Source: Candidatus Daviesbacteria bacterium (GTDB lineage: Bacteria > Patescibacteriota > Microgenomatia > Daviesbacterales > UBA10151). Taken from it: DNA of 64,000 nt. Below, one piece after another: positions 1-8,453 of the stretch (position 1 is its first letter; each line of letters opens with the position of its first letter). The position numbers were made by a program, and so were the translations under genes. The DNA is taken from assembly GCA_028687915.1 (NCBI GenBank), contig JAQTZF010000001.1, positions 610,634 to 674,633 on the forward strand, read 5' to 3'. A model generated the notes under the pieces. It had not been told where the DNA came from and searched no databases. It saw nothing but the letters and a program-made list of their open reading frames with translations.

Positions 1-2872
1 TGATAGATTAAGGATGATTGATACCCCAAATCTTTATATTCGCTCATCAGATGAGATGGCTACTTTATTTAAAGAAATTCCTGATGCTATTTCTAATACT
101 GTGAAGGTTGCTGACTTAACAAATCTGGAGATTCCTTTGGGTAAAGCTTATTTTCCTATTTTTGATATTCCTCAGGGATTATCTGCTATGGATTATTTAA
201 GACAACAGTGTGAAATAGGATTTAAAGAAAAATATCCGGAAGGGTCAAAAAAGCTGCCAGCTACTATGGAAGTGCTGCGAGAGAGATTGGATTATGAACT
301 TTCTGTTATTGAAAAGAAAAACTATCCTACTTATTTTTTGATTGTTTCTGATTTTATAAATTGGTCTCATGATCAAAAGATTATTACTAATACCAGGGGT
401 TCTGCTGCAGGGTCTCTGGTGCTTTTTTGTTTAGGGGTTACAAATATTGATCCAATTGAATACATGCTTCCTTTTGAGAGATTTTTAAATCCATTTAGGC
501 CATCTTTACCCGATATAGATTCTGATATTGCAGATGACCGTCGGGATGATGTTATTCGCTACATTATGGAAAAATATGGTCATGATAAAGTGGCACATAT
601 TATTACCTATGGAACAATGATGGGTCGGGCAGCAATAAGAGATGTAGGGCGGGTTCTGGGGCTTGCTTATGGGCAGGTTGATACAATTGCCAAATTAGTA
701 CCACCTCCAAGACAAGGCTTTCATCAGACCTTAGATGATGCAGTAAAAGAAGTTCCTGAATTAAGTTTGGCTTATAAACAGGATCCGGAAATTAAAGCTT
801 TAATAGACTTGGCTAAAAAAGTTGAAGGAACCATTCGCCATGCTTCTGTGCATGCTGCAGGATTGGTAATTTCCCCCACTGCTTTAACTGATTTTTCCCC
901 AATCCAAAGAGAATCTAAGGGAAATAAAATAGTTACTCAATATGAGATGCATTCAATAGAAGATGTGGGGCTCGTAAAAATGGATATGTTGGGTATTCGG
1001 AATCTTTCGATTTTAGGTAGAGCTGTTGCCATTGTAAAAGATACCCATGGGATAGATATAGATTTAAATAATTTACCTCTTGATGATAAAAAAACATATG
1101 AGCTTTTGGGTAGAGGAGATACAATTGGTCTTTTTCAGCTTGAAGGTGCGGGGATGACTAAATATCTGGTTGATCTAAAGCCTACTAATATTTTTGATAT
1201 TTCTGCTATGGTGGCACTTTACCGACCAGGACCTTTGGCAATTATTCCAGAGTATATTGCCAGAAAACGTGATCCGGGAAAAATAACCTATTTTGACCCC
1301 AGAATGGAAGAATATTTACAAAGATCTTTAGGTCTTTTGGTTTATCAGGATGATGTTTTACTTACAGCTATAAAAATTGCCGGATATGATTGGGAAGAAG
1401 CAGATAAATTTAGAAAAGCCATGGGTAAAAAAATTCCTGCAGAGATGGCAAAACAAAAGGATCATTTTATAACAGGGGCAGTTGCTAATGGGATGGAAAA
1501 GAAAAAAGCAGAAGAGCTTTTTAAGTTAATTGAGCCATTTGCTGCGTATGGATTTAATAAGGCTCATGCTGCCTCGTATGCCATGGTGGCTTATCAAACA
1601 GCTTACATGAAGGCAAACTACACTGCAGAGTTTATGGCTGCTGTGATGACTGCTGAATATGGGGATACAGATAAGATTGCAGCTGCTATGGATGAATGTA
1701 AAAGATTAGGAATAATTGTTTTACCACCAGATGTAAATAAATCAAAAGTTGATTTTACATTACAAAATATAAAGGATCTAACAGCGGATCAATTAAAACG
1801 TCAAATTGGTGAAACAAAAACAGTAGCATATGAAAAAGCTATTATTTTTGGATTATCTGCTATTAAGAACGTGGGTCTACTTGCTATAGAATCTATTCTA
1901 AAATCCAGACAAAAAGGTGAGTTTAAATCTTTGGTTGATCTTTGCAATAGGGTTGATAACCGTTTGGTAAATAAAAAAACTTTAGAAAGTTTAATTAAAT
2001 CAGGAGCAATGGATAGTTTGGGTAGTAGGGCTTCTCAATTATTAGTTTTAGAACAAGTTTTAGAAAAGATTCATCAAAACTCTAAAAAAGCTATCACAGG
2101 ACAGGTGGGATTATTTGGGGAAGAAGAAGGTGTGAATGTAATTAACATTGATTTACCGGAAGTAGAAGAATTAGGTCTTGATGAGATGCTAACTTTTGAA
2201 AAAGATCTATTGGGTTTTTATCTTCATGAACCTCCTTATGTAAAATTGTTAGCACAAGTTGGTAAATATACCTCTTATAAGATTGCAGATATTTCTGAAC
2301 ATATTGTGGGGCAAAAAGTGGTAATCGGAGGAGTCATTGCAGAAGCAAAAAAAGTATTAACAAAAAAGAATCAATCTGAAATGGCTTTTCTAAAGATTTC
2401 AGATTTAACTTCAGAAATTGAAACAGTAGTATTCCCAAAAACTTATGAATTAACCAAGAGTTTTTTAATTAAAGATACTGTAGTAATAATTTGGGGTAAG
2501 GTAGATAGTCGTGAAGATAAGCTGTCTTTAATCATTGATGAAATCACTGCTTTTGATCCAAATTTACCACCAGATCAAATTGGTGATGGTGTTGAAGATA
2601 AAAAATCCTACTCAAGTGAGCCAACTACTTATCGGGATATAGAGATTATGGTTCCACAAGATTGTGCTGTAGAAATCTTACAAAAGGTTAATAAAACACT
2701 TCGGGGTTATCCTGGAAAAAAGAAAGTTGCTATTTTATTACCAAGTGGAGGTTCAAATTTGAGAGTGATGGACTTACCTTTTGGGGTTAATTTAGAGCCT
2801 CTAATGTTGGAAGAATTAGAGCAATTATTGGGTAAAGGAGCGGTTATTGATTTAAGTGTCGTAAAAGGTTAA
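1..2872 (+). CDS. dnaE: DNA polymerase III alpha subunit DnaE, 5' partial (frame open to window start)
   Basis: 952-aa ORF with RGSAAGSLV palm motif, fingers and C-terminal OB region typical of DnaE; no in-frame stop between position 2 and the listed ATG so gene continues upstream. Confidence 0.9.
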   Translation, partial: DRLRMIDTPNLYIRSSDEMATLFKEIPDAISNTVKVADLTNLEIPLGKAYFPIFDIPQGLSAMDYLRQQCEIGFKEKYPEGSKKLPATMEVLRERLDYELSVIEKKNYPTYFLIVSDFINWSHDQKIITNTRGSAAGSLVLFCLGVTNIDPIEYMLPFERFLNPFRPSLPDIDSDIADDRRDDVIRYIMEKYGHDKVAHIITYGTMMGRAAIRDVGRVLGLAYGQVDTIAKLVPPPRQGFHQTLDDAVKEVPELSLAYKQDPEIKALIDLAKKVEGTIRHASVHAAGLVISPTALTDFSPIQRESKGNKIVTQYEMHSIEDVGLVKMDMLGIRNLSILGRAVAIVKDTHGIDIDLNNLPLDDKKTYELLGRGDTIGLFQLEGAGMTKYLVDLKPTNIFDISAMVALYRPGPLAIIPEYIARKRDPGKITYFDPRMEEYLQRSLGLLVYQDDVLLTAIKIAGYDWEEADKFRKAMGKKIPAEMAKQKDHFITGAVANGMEKKKAEELFKLIEPFAAYGFNKAHAASYAMVAYQTAYMKANYTAEFMAAVMTAEYGDTDKIAAAMDECKRLGIIVLPPDVNKSKVDFTLQNIKDLTADQLKRQIGETKTVAYEKAIIFGLSAIKNVGLLAIESILKSRQKGEFKSLVDLCNRVDNRLVNKKTLESLIKSGAMDSLGSRASQLLVLEQVLEKIHQNSKKAITGQVGLFGEEEGVNVINIDLPEVEELGLDEMLTFEKDLLGFYLHEPPYVKLLAQVGKYTSYKIADISEHIVGQKVVIGGVIAEAKKVLTKKNQSEMAFLKISDLTSEIETVVFPKTYELTKSFLIKDTVVIIWGKVDSREDKLSLIIDEITAFDPNLPPDQIGDGVEDKKSYSSEPTTYRDIEIMVPQDCAVEILQKVNKTLRGYPGKKKVAILLPSGGSNLRVMDLPFGVNLEPLMLEELEQLLGKGAVIDLSVVKG

Positions 2873-2882
2873 AATTATCCTC

Positions 2883-3197
2883 ATGATTTCATTTGAATTA
2901 AATAATCTAAATATTCATATCGGCGACACTATTCGTGTTCACTCAACTGTGGTTGAAGGAGCCAAAAGCAGGGTTCAGATTTTTGAAGGAATCTTAATAG
3001 CTTTAGCAGGCAGGGAAGAAAATAAAATGATGACTGTTCGTCATATTGGTACAGGTGGAATGGGAGTAGAAAAAAAATGGCCTTTGAATGCTAAGTCTAT
3101 TGTAAAGATAGAAGTAGTAAAGCACGCTAAAAACGTTAGACGCAGCAAACTTTTTTATCTTAGAAAACTTATTGGTAGAAATGCTACTAGAGTCTAA
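2883..3197 (+). CDS. rplS: 50S ribosomal protein L19
   Basis: 104 aa, full-length match to L19 pattern (GDTIRVH...KSRVQIFEG...RHIGTGG). Confidence 0.9.
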   Translation: MISFELNNLNIHIGDTIRVHSTVVEGAKSRVQIFEGILIALAGREENKMMTVRHIGTGGMGVEKKWPLNAKSIVKIEVVKHAKNVRRSKLFYLRKLIGRNATRV

Positions 3198-3329
3198 AAA
3201 ATAATTTCTAAGTACTAATTTCTAATTAACCTAAATAATTCCCAATCCACAATTATCACATTTGGTTTGGTATTTTGGGTTTATTTAGAAATTAGATTAA
3301 TTAGATCAATTAGGTTAATTTAACAATAC

Positions 3330-3941
3330 ATGGTTTGTCCAACTCTTGATATAGAAAAAGAACTTTGGAGTCAAGGTTATAATTTAATCTGTGGTATAGA
3401 TGAAGTTGGAAGAGGCTGTTTTGCAGGTCCAGTTGTAGCTGGTGCAGTAGTTTTTCCTAAAGATATTGTTTTACCAGAAGGTATTGCTGATTCAAAATTA
3501 TTAACCCCTAAAAAAAGAGAAATTTTATCTAAGATTATTAAAGAAGTGGCTCTTTTTTGGGCTGTTGGGGAAATTAGTGTTGAATCTATTAATGAAGTAG
3601 GAATAGGTGTTTCTACTAACCTGGCTTTTTTAGAAGCTATAAAGAACTTAGGTAAAACCCCGGATTATTATTTAATTGATGCTTTTTTTATTAAGGATTT
3701 AGATAAAAAAAATCAAAAACCAATTCCATCTGGTGATAAAATTTGTGCTTCTATTTCTGCTGCTTCAATTATTGCTAAAGTTTATAGAGATGATTTAATG
3801 AGAAAACTTTCTCAGGTTTATCCCCAGTATGGGTTTGAACAAAATAATGGTTATGGAACCAAAGATCACAGGGATGCTTTAAAAAAACATGGACTTTGTG
3901 AGTTTCACAGAACTTCTTTTAACCTGGATAAGTTCCTTTAA
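3330..3941 (+). CDS. rnhB: Ribonuclease HII
   Basis: GIDEVGRGCFAGPVVAGAVV N-terminal catalytic motif of RNase HII; 203 aa. Confidence 0.9.
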   Translation: MVCPTLDIEKELWSQGYNLICGIDEVGRGCFAGPVVAGAVVFPKDIVLPEGIADSKLLTPKKREILSKIIKEVALFWAVGEISVESINEVGIGVSTNLAFLEAIKNLGKTPDYYLIDAFFIKDLDKKNQKPIPSGDKICASISAASIIAKVYRDDLMRKLSQVYPQYGFEQNNGYGTKDHRDALKKHGLCEFHRTSFNLDKFL

Positions 3942-4013
3942 ATGTCATTCGTTTTTCTGTCATCCTGATCCACCTCTGGTGGAGAAGGATCTAGATTCTT
4001 CTCTTCGTTCAGA

Positions 4014-4400
4014 ATGACAAAAAGGTGTAATAATATTCTTATGTCTACAGTTGCAGTGGGAAATAAAGGAGAAGATTTAGCTTGTAAGTATTTACAAAAA
4101 TTAGGCTATCAGATTTTAGAGAAAAATTATCGGATAAGAGGTGGGGAAATAGATATAGTAGCAAAGGATAAGGATTATTTAGTATTTATAGAAGTAAAAA
4201 CCAGGTCTTCACATAAGTTTGGTTTACCAGTAGAAGCTATGACTTATTGGAAAATAAAACACTTACTAAAAACAGCCCAGTTTTATATTCAAAAGATAAA
4301 ATGGGGAGATAAACCCTATAGATTAGATTTTATTTCCATAGATTTTGCAGAAAATCCTGATAACCCAAATATAGAGTTAATTAAGAATATTACAGGATAA
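4014..4400 (+). CDS. yraN: YraN/UPF0102 family endonuclease (true start may be ATG at 4041)
   Basis: GEDLACKYL...GYQILEKNYR...GEIDIVAKD...FIEVKTRS pattern of UPF0102; conserved rnhB-yraN neighbourhood. Confidence 0.75.
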   Translation: MTKRCNNILMSTVAVGNKGEDLACKYLQKLGYQILEKNYRIRGGEIDIVAKDKDYLVFIEVKTRSSHKFGLPVEAMTYWKIKHLLKTAQFYIQKIKWGDKPYRLDFISIDFAENPDNPNIELIKNITG

Positions 4401-4751
4401 ACTCTCAGTTAATTTTTGAATCATGTCTTCACTGCTTTCATATTCAATAAAAACATTTGAAGCTGTCTTTAAAGTATCTGATATTTTTTTGCCTTTTTTA
4501 TATATACAAATAATTGGAACTTTATATGAGCTTGCCCAACCAAGTTCTATTTTTTGTCCTTCTGAAGGATAAGACACTTCTGCTAATACTAAATCACACT
4601 CTTTCAGGTATTCTTTTGAATTAAATTGCTCCAGGAAGAATTCATGAGGTAAGGTTATTTCATGTAGATTATTTAGCTTCGATTTACGAAGTGGTTGATA
4701 AAGTTCTTTTTGGTAATCAAAGCCTGAGGAATGGGTAACATAGATTTTCAT
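4377..4751 (-). CDS. Nucleoside 2-deoxyribosyltransferase-like fold protein (hypothetical)
   Basis: KIYVTHSS...CDLVLAEVSYPSEGQKIELGWA resembles NDT-family Rossmann-like motif (DSGTAFEIGYA); weak. Confidence 0.35.
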   Translation of the reverse strand: MKIYVTHSSGFDYQKELYQPLRKSKLNNLHEITLPHEFFLEQFNSKEYLKECDLVLAEVSYPSEGQKIELGWASSYKVPIICIYKKGKKISDTLKTASNVFIEYESSEDMIQKLTESLSCNILN

Positions 4752-4753
4752 TA

Positions 4754-5107
4754 TTAAGGTTGGTTATTTCTATTTATTGGTAGGAAATCCTCATAAACTC
4801 TTGGTCCGCCTATTCTATCTGGTTCTAAAAAACGTGTTTTAAATATTGCTCCAAACCCTGTTATTCCAGCTGCTGCAGCCCCTACTATTCTGCACACATT
4901 AATTTCATCCATACCCAGTTTTCTTAAATATTCTGCAGCTAACTCTCCATGACTATCATCTTCATCTTCTCTAAGAAAATATATTTGATAGGCAGCAGCA
5001 TAAGTTAAATTTCCAGCATCAGCTCTAATAGCTTCATGAGGTTCTCCATCCAACTCTTTAATTTGGATAGCAGGTGAGACAAGACCAGTACTTATAATTT
5101 CAGGCAT
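4754..5107 (-). CDS. hypothetical protein
   Basis: 117-aa ORF immediately upstream (same strand, 2-nt gap) of NDT-like gene; no recognisable family. Confidence 0.3.
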   Translation of the reverse strand: MPEIISTGLVSPAIQIKELDGEPHEAIRADAGNLTYAAAYQIYFLREDEDDSHGELAAEYLRKLGMDEINVCRIVGAAAAGITGFGAIFKTRFLEPDRIGGPRVYEDFLPINRNNQP

Positions 5108-5139
5108 ATTTTTAATCGCTTGGAGACCTTTTTGTTTTG

Positions 5140-5212
5140 TAGCGCCTACGGGATTCGAACCCGTGATTACTGGGATGAAAACCCAGTGTCCTAACCACTA
5201 GACGAAGGCGCC
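5140..5212 (-). tRNA. tRNA-Glu (anticodon UUC)
   Basis: Reverse complement folds as cloverleaf: acceptor GGCGCCT/AGGCGCT, D-arm GTCT..GGAC, anticodon stem CTGGG/CCCAG with loop TTTTCAT (TTC), T-arm ACGGG-TTCGAAT-CCCGT. Confidence 0.8.
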
Positions 5213-5318
5213 GTTTTTTTAAATTTGCCTTCATCTGCGAGCTATAGCTCTAATGACGAAGGCGCCGTTTTATGAATCCTCTTCGTCTGCGAGGACTTTG
5301 TCCTCTAATGACGAAGGA
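5198..5318. repeat. Tandem partial copies of the tRNA-Glu 5' end, each a small nested hairpin ending in TAATGACGAAGG
   Basis: 18-nt GACGAAGGCGCCGTTTT at 5201-5217 repeated at 5255-5271; TAATGACGAAGG at 5251-5262 and 5306-5317; inner hairpins GAGC-TATA-GCTC and GAGGAC-TTTG-GTCCTC. Confidence 0.5.
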
Positions 5319-5352
5319 GTCATACCTGTTATTTTATCAGATTGTGCTTAAC

Positions 5353-5381
5353 TTGACAAATAAGTTTTCACATTGTTTAAT
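5353..5381 (+). promoter_or_regulatory. sigma70-like promoter TTGACA-17-TTTAAT, -10 ends 8 nt before ATG 5390 (leaderless-like)
   Basis: TTGACA at 5353-5358, 17-nt spacer, TTTAAT at 5376-5381. Confidence 0.3.
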
Positions 5382-5389
5382 AAGTCTTC

Positions 5390-5620
5390 ATGGTAAAGCT
5401 TTTAGCAATTATCCTTGTAATGTTAGTTTTAGTGAGTGGAGCAGTGTATTACTCAAAGAACCAAAACTCAGTGGCTCAAAATTCTGTAAACAAAATAAAC
5501 ACAAATACTGCTGTAGCAAGTGATGAAACACTTGACTCTGACTTATCTGCTTTAGATAGAGATTTATTAGGTTTAGAACAATCAGATACAGTATTAACAC
5601 AGGAGGTTAACGGTTTATGA
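5390..5620 (+). CDS. small membrane-anchored hypothetical protein
   Basis: N-terminal hydrophobic helix; stop overlaps next start as ATGA (translational coupling). Confidence 0.4.
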   Translation: MVKLLAIILVMLVLVSGAVYYSKNQNSVAQNSVNKINTNTAVASDETLDSDLSALDRDLLGLEQSDTVLTQEVNGL

Positions 5621-6249
5621 AAAAAATATCCTTAGGTTTAATTCTTGTATTAATGCTTGTATTTACCTTATCTCCTGTTTTGGCTAAAGAAAAAGAAAAT
5701 GAGGATAATGATAGAGAGAATGCAAGAGAAAAAGTACAGGAAATCAAAGAAAAGGTACAAAACTTCTTAGGGGGAAAACCTGAAAAAGTAGGTACTAAAT
5801 CAGCAAGTTCGGCAGCATCTTTAAACAGCAAGAAAGAGGAGAATAAGAAAAGAGTTAGGAATTCTATAACAGCCAGAGTAAATGCTTATACTAAATTAGC
5901 TAGTAGATCTGGTCAGCTTTTAGATAAATTACAAGTCAGAATTGATAGAGCTAAAGATGCCGGAAAAGATACTACAGATTCAGTTAATGCTATGAGAGAT
6001 GCAAGGGCAAAATTAGCTGATGCACAATCTAAATTAACTTCCCTTAAAGCTTTGGTAGGTACAGATTTAGATAAAAATGGATTCAGGGAAGCACAAAAAA
6101 CCCTTCAAGCAGTACACAAAGATTTAAATATTGTTAAACAAGATGCTTCTAAAATAATTAGAAATTTAAAATCTTTTAATTCAAATAAATCTTCCACCAA
6201 ATCAGCAGAAGCCACTTCTTCCTCCTCTTCTGCTAAAGACAGAGATTAA
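5617..6249 (+). CDS. secreted Lys/Glu-rich coiled-coil protein (hypothetical)
   Basis: signal peptide MKKISLGLILVLMLVFTLSPVLA, AGGAGG RBS upstream, low-complexity charged body. Confidence 0.5.
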   Translation: MKKISLGLILVLMLVFTLSPVLAKEKENEDNDRENAREKVQEIKEKVQNFLGGKPEKVGTKSASSAASLNSKKEENKKRVRNSITARVNAYTKLASRSGQLLDKLQVRIDRAKDAGKDTTDSVNAMRDARAKLADAQSKLTSLKALVGTDLDKNGFREAQKTLQAVHKDLNIVKQDASKIIRNLKSFNSNKSSTKSAEATSSSSSAKDRD

Positions 6250-6313
6250 CTTTCAAAGTAAAATTACAACTTAAGCTTGCCTCCTTAGCTTTGCTGAGGT
6301 AAAATATACAAAT

Positions 6314-6386
6314 TGGGCCGGTAGCTCAGTGGTAGAGCAGGAGACTTTTAATCTCTTGGTCGTGGGTTCGACCCCCACCCGGCTCA
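6314..6386 (+). tRNA. tRNA-Lys (anticodon UUU)
   Basis: GGGCCGGTAGCTCAGTGGTAGAGCAGGAGACTTTTAATCTCTTGGTCGTGGGTTCGACCCCCACCCGGCTCA cloverleaf; anticodon loop CTTTTAA. Confidence 0.85.
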
Positions 6387-6396
6387 CAACAAAAAG

Positions 6397-6424
6397 TGCG
6401 AGGTTTAGCCTCGCTTTTTTGTTT
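6397..6424 (+). terminator. intrinsic terminator after tRNA-Lys
   Basis: GCGAGG-TTTAG-CCTCGC hairpin followed by TTTTTTGTTTT. Confidence 0.6.
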
Positions 6425-6503
6425 TATGGCGGTCTGGGAGAGAACTATGCGCTCCACACAGTGGTGAAGCAGGTTCGAAGACCGAAGGTCGCAAGCTTTG
6501 CTT

Positions 6504-6521
6504 ACCCCCACCCGGCTCACA
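6504..6521 (+). repeat. perfect 18-nt direct repeat of tRNA-Lys 3' end (ACCCCCACCCGGCTCACA; first copy 6370-6387)
   Basis: exact duplication of T-stem 3' strand + acceptor 3' strand 117 nt downstream of the tRNA; att-site-like scar. Confidence 0.5.
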
Positions 6522-6590
6522 TTCGAAGACAAGGAGTTCGTAATCTCTTCGGTTAGTTTAAATGGACAGCCTATTTTGGGTTCGAGTAAG

Positions 6591-7064
6591 TTAGGCCTTC
6601 TTAATTATTGAAGCATGGAAACCACCATCATCACCAAAATCTAAATTCAATATTTCTTCTTTTGGCCCCCATTTAGCTTCTACATGTTCATTGCTAAGCT
6701 TAACCTCTGGCTTTTCCCCCTTCACTTTGCATTTGTAACCTAAAGTCATTAATAAAACATTCCCCGCAGTTTGAGTTTTTTTAATTCCAGAGTCTGCAAA
6801 TATTACTTCTACTTCATCGCCCTCCAAACCAGTTTCTTCTCTAAGCTCTCTTTTAATCGTTTCTGCATGAGGTTTGGTTCCAATAACCAAATCATCAGCC
6901 TCCATACTTCCTCCTGGTAAATCCCATTTTCCCAGACGGCCTCCTGGACCACTCTCTGTCCGTCGTATAGATAGAAAATTACCATCCTCATCTACCACCA
7001 CAGCTTTCTGAAGTACTTTAGTATTTAACCAATCGACCCATTCTTTCTTTTCTGACTCAGTCAT
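6591..7064 (-). CDS. NUDIX hydrolase
   Basis: Nudix box GG....E.......RELREETGLE present. Confidence 0.85.
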   Translation of the reverse strand: MTESEKKEWVDWLNTKVLQKAVVVDEDGNFLSIRRTESGPGGRLGKWDLPGGSMEADDLVIGTKPHAETIKRELREETGLEGDEVEVIFADSGIKKTQTAGNVLLMTLGYKCKVKGEKPEVKLSNEHVEAKWGPKEEILNLDFGDDGGFHASIIKKA

Positions 7065-7242
7065 ATCTTAATTATACACTTATAACTCAAAATGATTTAA
7101 TAATTCTTGCCAATTTTGATAAATTCTTAGTCTTCAAAAACATCTGCGTTCGAAATAACGCCACGTCGGCTCACAAACGAAAACTCCCGCGTTTGTAATT
7201 TAACTTACAGCTAAAAATTAAGATCTAACTTATTATCTACCT

Positions 7243-7689
7243 ATGGAAGATCAAAGTCTTTATGAACGCCTGGGAGGAATATATGCAATTGCTGGAGTGG
7301 TAAGTCATTTTAGTGATGCTCTTTTACAAAACCCCAAGATTGTTAACTCAAGCCCTGAATTGAAAGAATGGCATACAGAGAAATATAAGCAAAGACTTGA
7401 TGGGCTTAAGTTTATGAGGACTTTATGGGTGGCTGATGTTACAGGAGGTCCTTTTAAATATACAGGAAAATCATTACATGATGCTCATTTTGATTTACAT
7501 GTCCCACCAGAAGTGTTTGATGAAGTTTCCATGGAACTTGGTAAAGCCCTTGATTATTTTAATGTACCTCAAAAAGAAAAAGATGAAGTACTAGCTGCCT
7601 TTAATGCTCAAAAACCAGATGTAACAGCAGGAGCTCGAGAACAGACAGAACCAAGTTCTGAAAGTTCTAAACCCTCCTATTTATCTTGA
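7243..7689 (+). CDS. truncated (2/2) haemoglobin-like protein
   Basis: YERLGG...F..LL.D......F....LK.FL....GGP..Y.G.S...AH..L.I....FD pattern of group-I trHb. Confidence 0.65.
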   Translation: MEDQSLYERLGGIYAIAGVVSHFSDALLQNPKIVNSSPELKEWHTEKYKQRLDGLKFMRTLWVADVTGGPFKYTGKSLHDAHFDLHVPPEVFDEVSMELGKALDYFNVPQKEKDEVLAAFNAQKPDVTAGAREQTEPSSESSKPSYLS

Positions 7690-7715
7690 CAAATCAGCCT
7701 AATTGCTTTTAAATG
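7687..7715 (+). promoter_or_regulatory. candidate promoter TTGACA-17-TTAAAT upstream of TasA-like gene
   Basis: hexamers at 7687-7692 and 7710-7715; about 135 nt upstream of ATG 7851. Confidence 0.25.
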
Positions 7716-7850
7716 AATCCAGCGTTTATTTTCGGAGATATTAACTCCTGTCCCATGTCTTGCCCTCATGTTTGCCTATTTACTCCGTTTTTAAATTAAT
7801 AACACCATATTCCTGCCGTGTGGTTAAACCATTGAAAGGAGGTGAAATAA

Positions 7851-8393
7851 ATGAAAAGAATTATATTTGCTGCTGTAGTAGCAACCGTTTCCCTTTCCTT
7901 AGTAGCTGTAACAACTTGGGCTGCCTGGACTTCGTCTGTCACAGTAAGCAATAACGTTATAACTACAGGTAGCGTTAACTTAAATGTATCCTTAAATGGC
8001 ACAAATTACAGTAAAGCTGTATCTTCAAATACAACTATTTCCGGTTTAATGCCAGGAGGTAGCAATATTGGTACAGTCTTTTATATTAGAAACGACAGCT
8101 CAGATGGAGTTAATTTTAACTTAGGAGCCGTTGGTACAGGTACTATTTCTGGAGACACACAGCCTGTGGATACAACTAGCTTACAAATAGCTGTTGTCAC
8201 TCATGGTGCTACCCCAGTTGATGCCAATTACCATTCCTTATCTGAATGGTCAACTAATCAATCTTTGGGTACTTTGAATGCAGGCGCAAGCCAGCAATAC
8301 GACGTATATGCCAGATTAAGCGGCACTGCTGCTGATGATTGGCAGGGAAGAACAGTAACTTTTGCTTTTACCGTTACCGGTACACAGCTATAA
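7851..8393 (+). CDS. TasA/camelysin-like secreted protein with SipW-cognate-type N-terminus
   Basis: strong RBS AAGGAGGTG; signal peptide then AAWTSSVTVSNNVITTGSVNLNV resembling the TasA/CalY N-terminal motif; size ~camelysin; directly upstream of SipW-like peptidase. Confidence 0.5.
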   Translation: MKRIIFAAVVATVSLSLVAVTTWAAWTSSVTVSNNVITTGSVNLNVSLNGTNYSKAVSSNTTISGLMPGGSNIGTVFYIRNDSSDGVNFNLGAVGTGTISGDTQPVDTTSLQIAVVTHGATPVDANYHSLSEWSTNQSLGTLNAGASQQYDVYARLSGTAADDWQGRTVTFAFTVTGTQL

Positions 8394-8417
8394 AGACTTG
8401 TTTTTCCTGTCTTTTTG

Positions 8418-8443
8418 GGAGCCAAATGAATTCATTTGGCTCC
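8418..8443 (+). terminator. 26-bp perfect palindrome (GGAGCCAAATGAA|TTCATTTGGCTCC) between TasA-like gene and sipW-like gene; attenuator/terminator candidate
   Basis: perfect 13-nt arms read directly from sequence; no strong T-tract afterwards. Confidence 0.4.
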
Positions 8444-8453
8444 TTATAAAGTT

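Noticed and set aside
933-1124. Antisense/overlapping small ORFs inside well-supported genes (e.g. 933-1124, 11290-11475, 12352-12558, 12673-12996, 14007-14192, 17762-18184, 29718-30058, 37421-37885, 47327-48077, 49109-49447, 51557-51853, 53014-53241, 58123-58320, 62059-62274, 63127-63408)
   Set aside because: Each is fully embedded in or opposite a longer ORF with clear homology (dnaE, HK, uvrB, uvrA, GT4, typA etc.); low-complexity translations typical of AT-rich shadow ORFs.
3198-3329. AT-rich repeat-like spacer (AATTAG/ATTAGAT motifs) between rplS and rnhB
   Set aside because: Short, low-complexity and consistent with an AT-rich promoter region; no defined repeat unit or structure.
5272-5600. 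ORFs 5272-5523 (+) and 5409-5600 (-)
   Set aside because: Overlap the tRNA-flank repeat and the better-supported 5390-5620 membrane ORF (which is translationally coupled to 5617); Cys-rich junk-like translation.
5607-5831. ORF 5607-5831 (-) and ORF 6809-6991 (-)
   Set aside because: Antisense to secreted protein gene / out-of-frame within NUDIX gene; no support.
6326-6556. ORFs 6326-6532 (-) and 6329-6556 (+)
   Set aside because: They cover the tRNA-Lys gene, its terminator and the 3'-end repeat; not coding.
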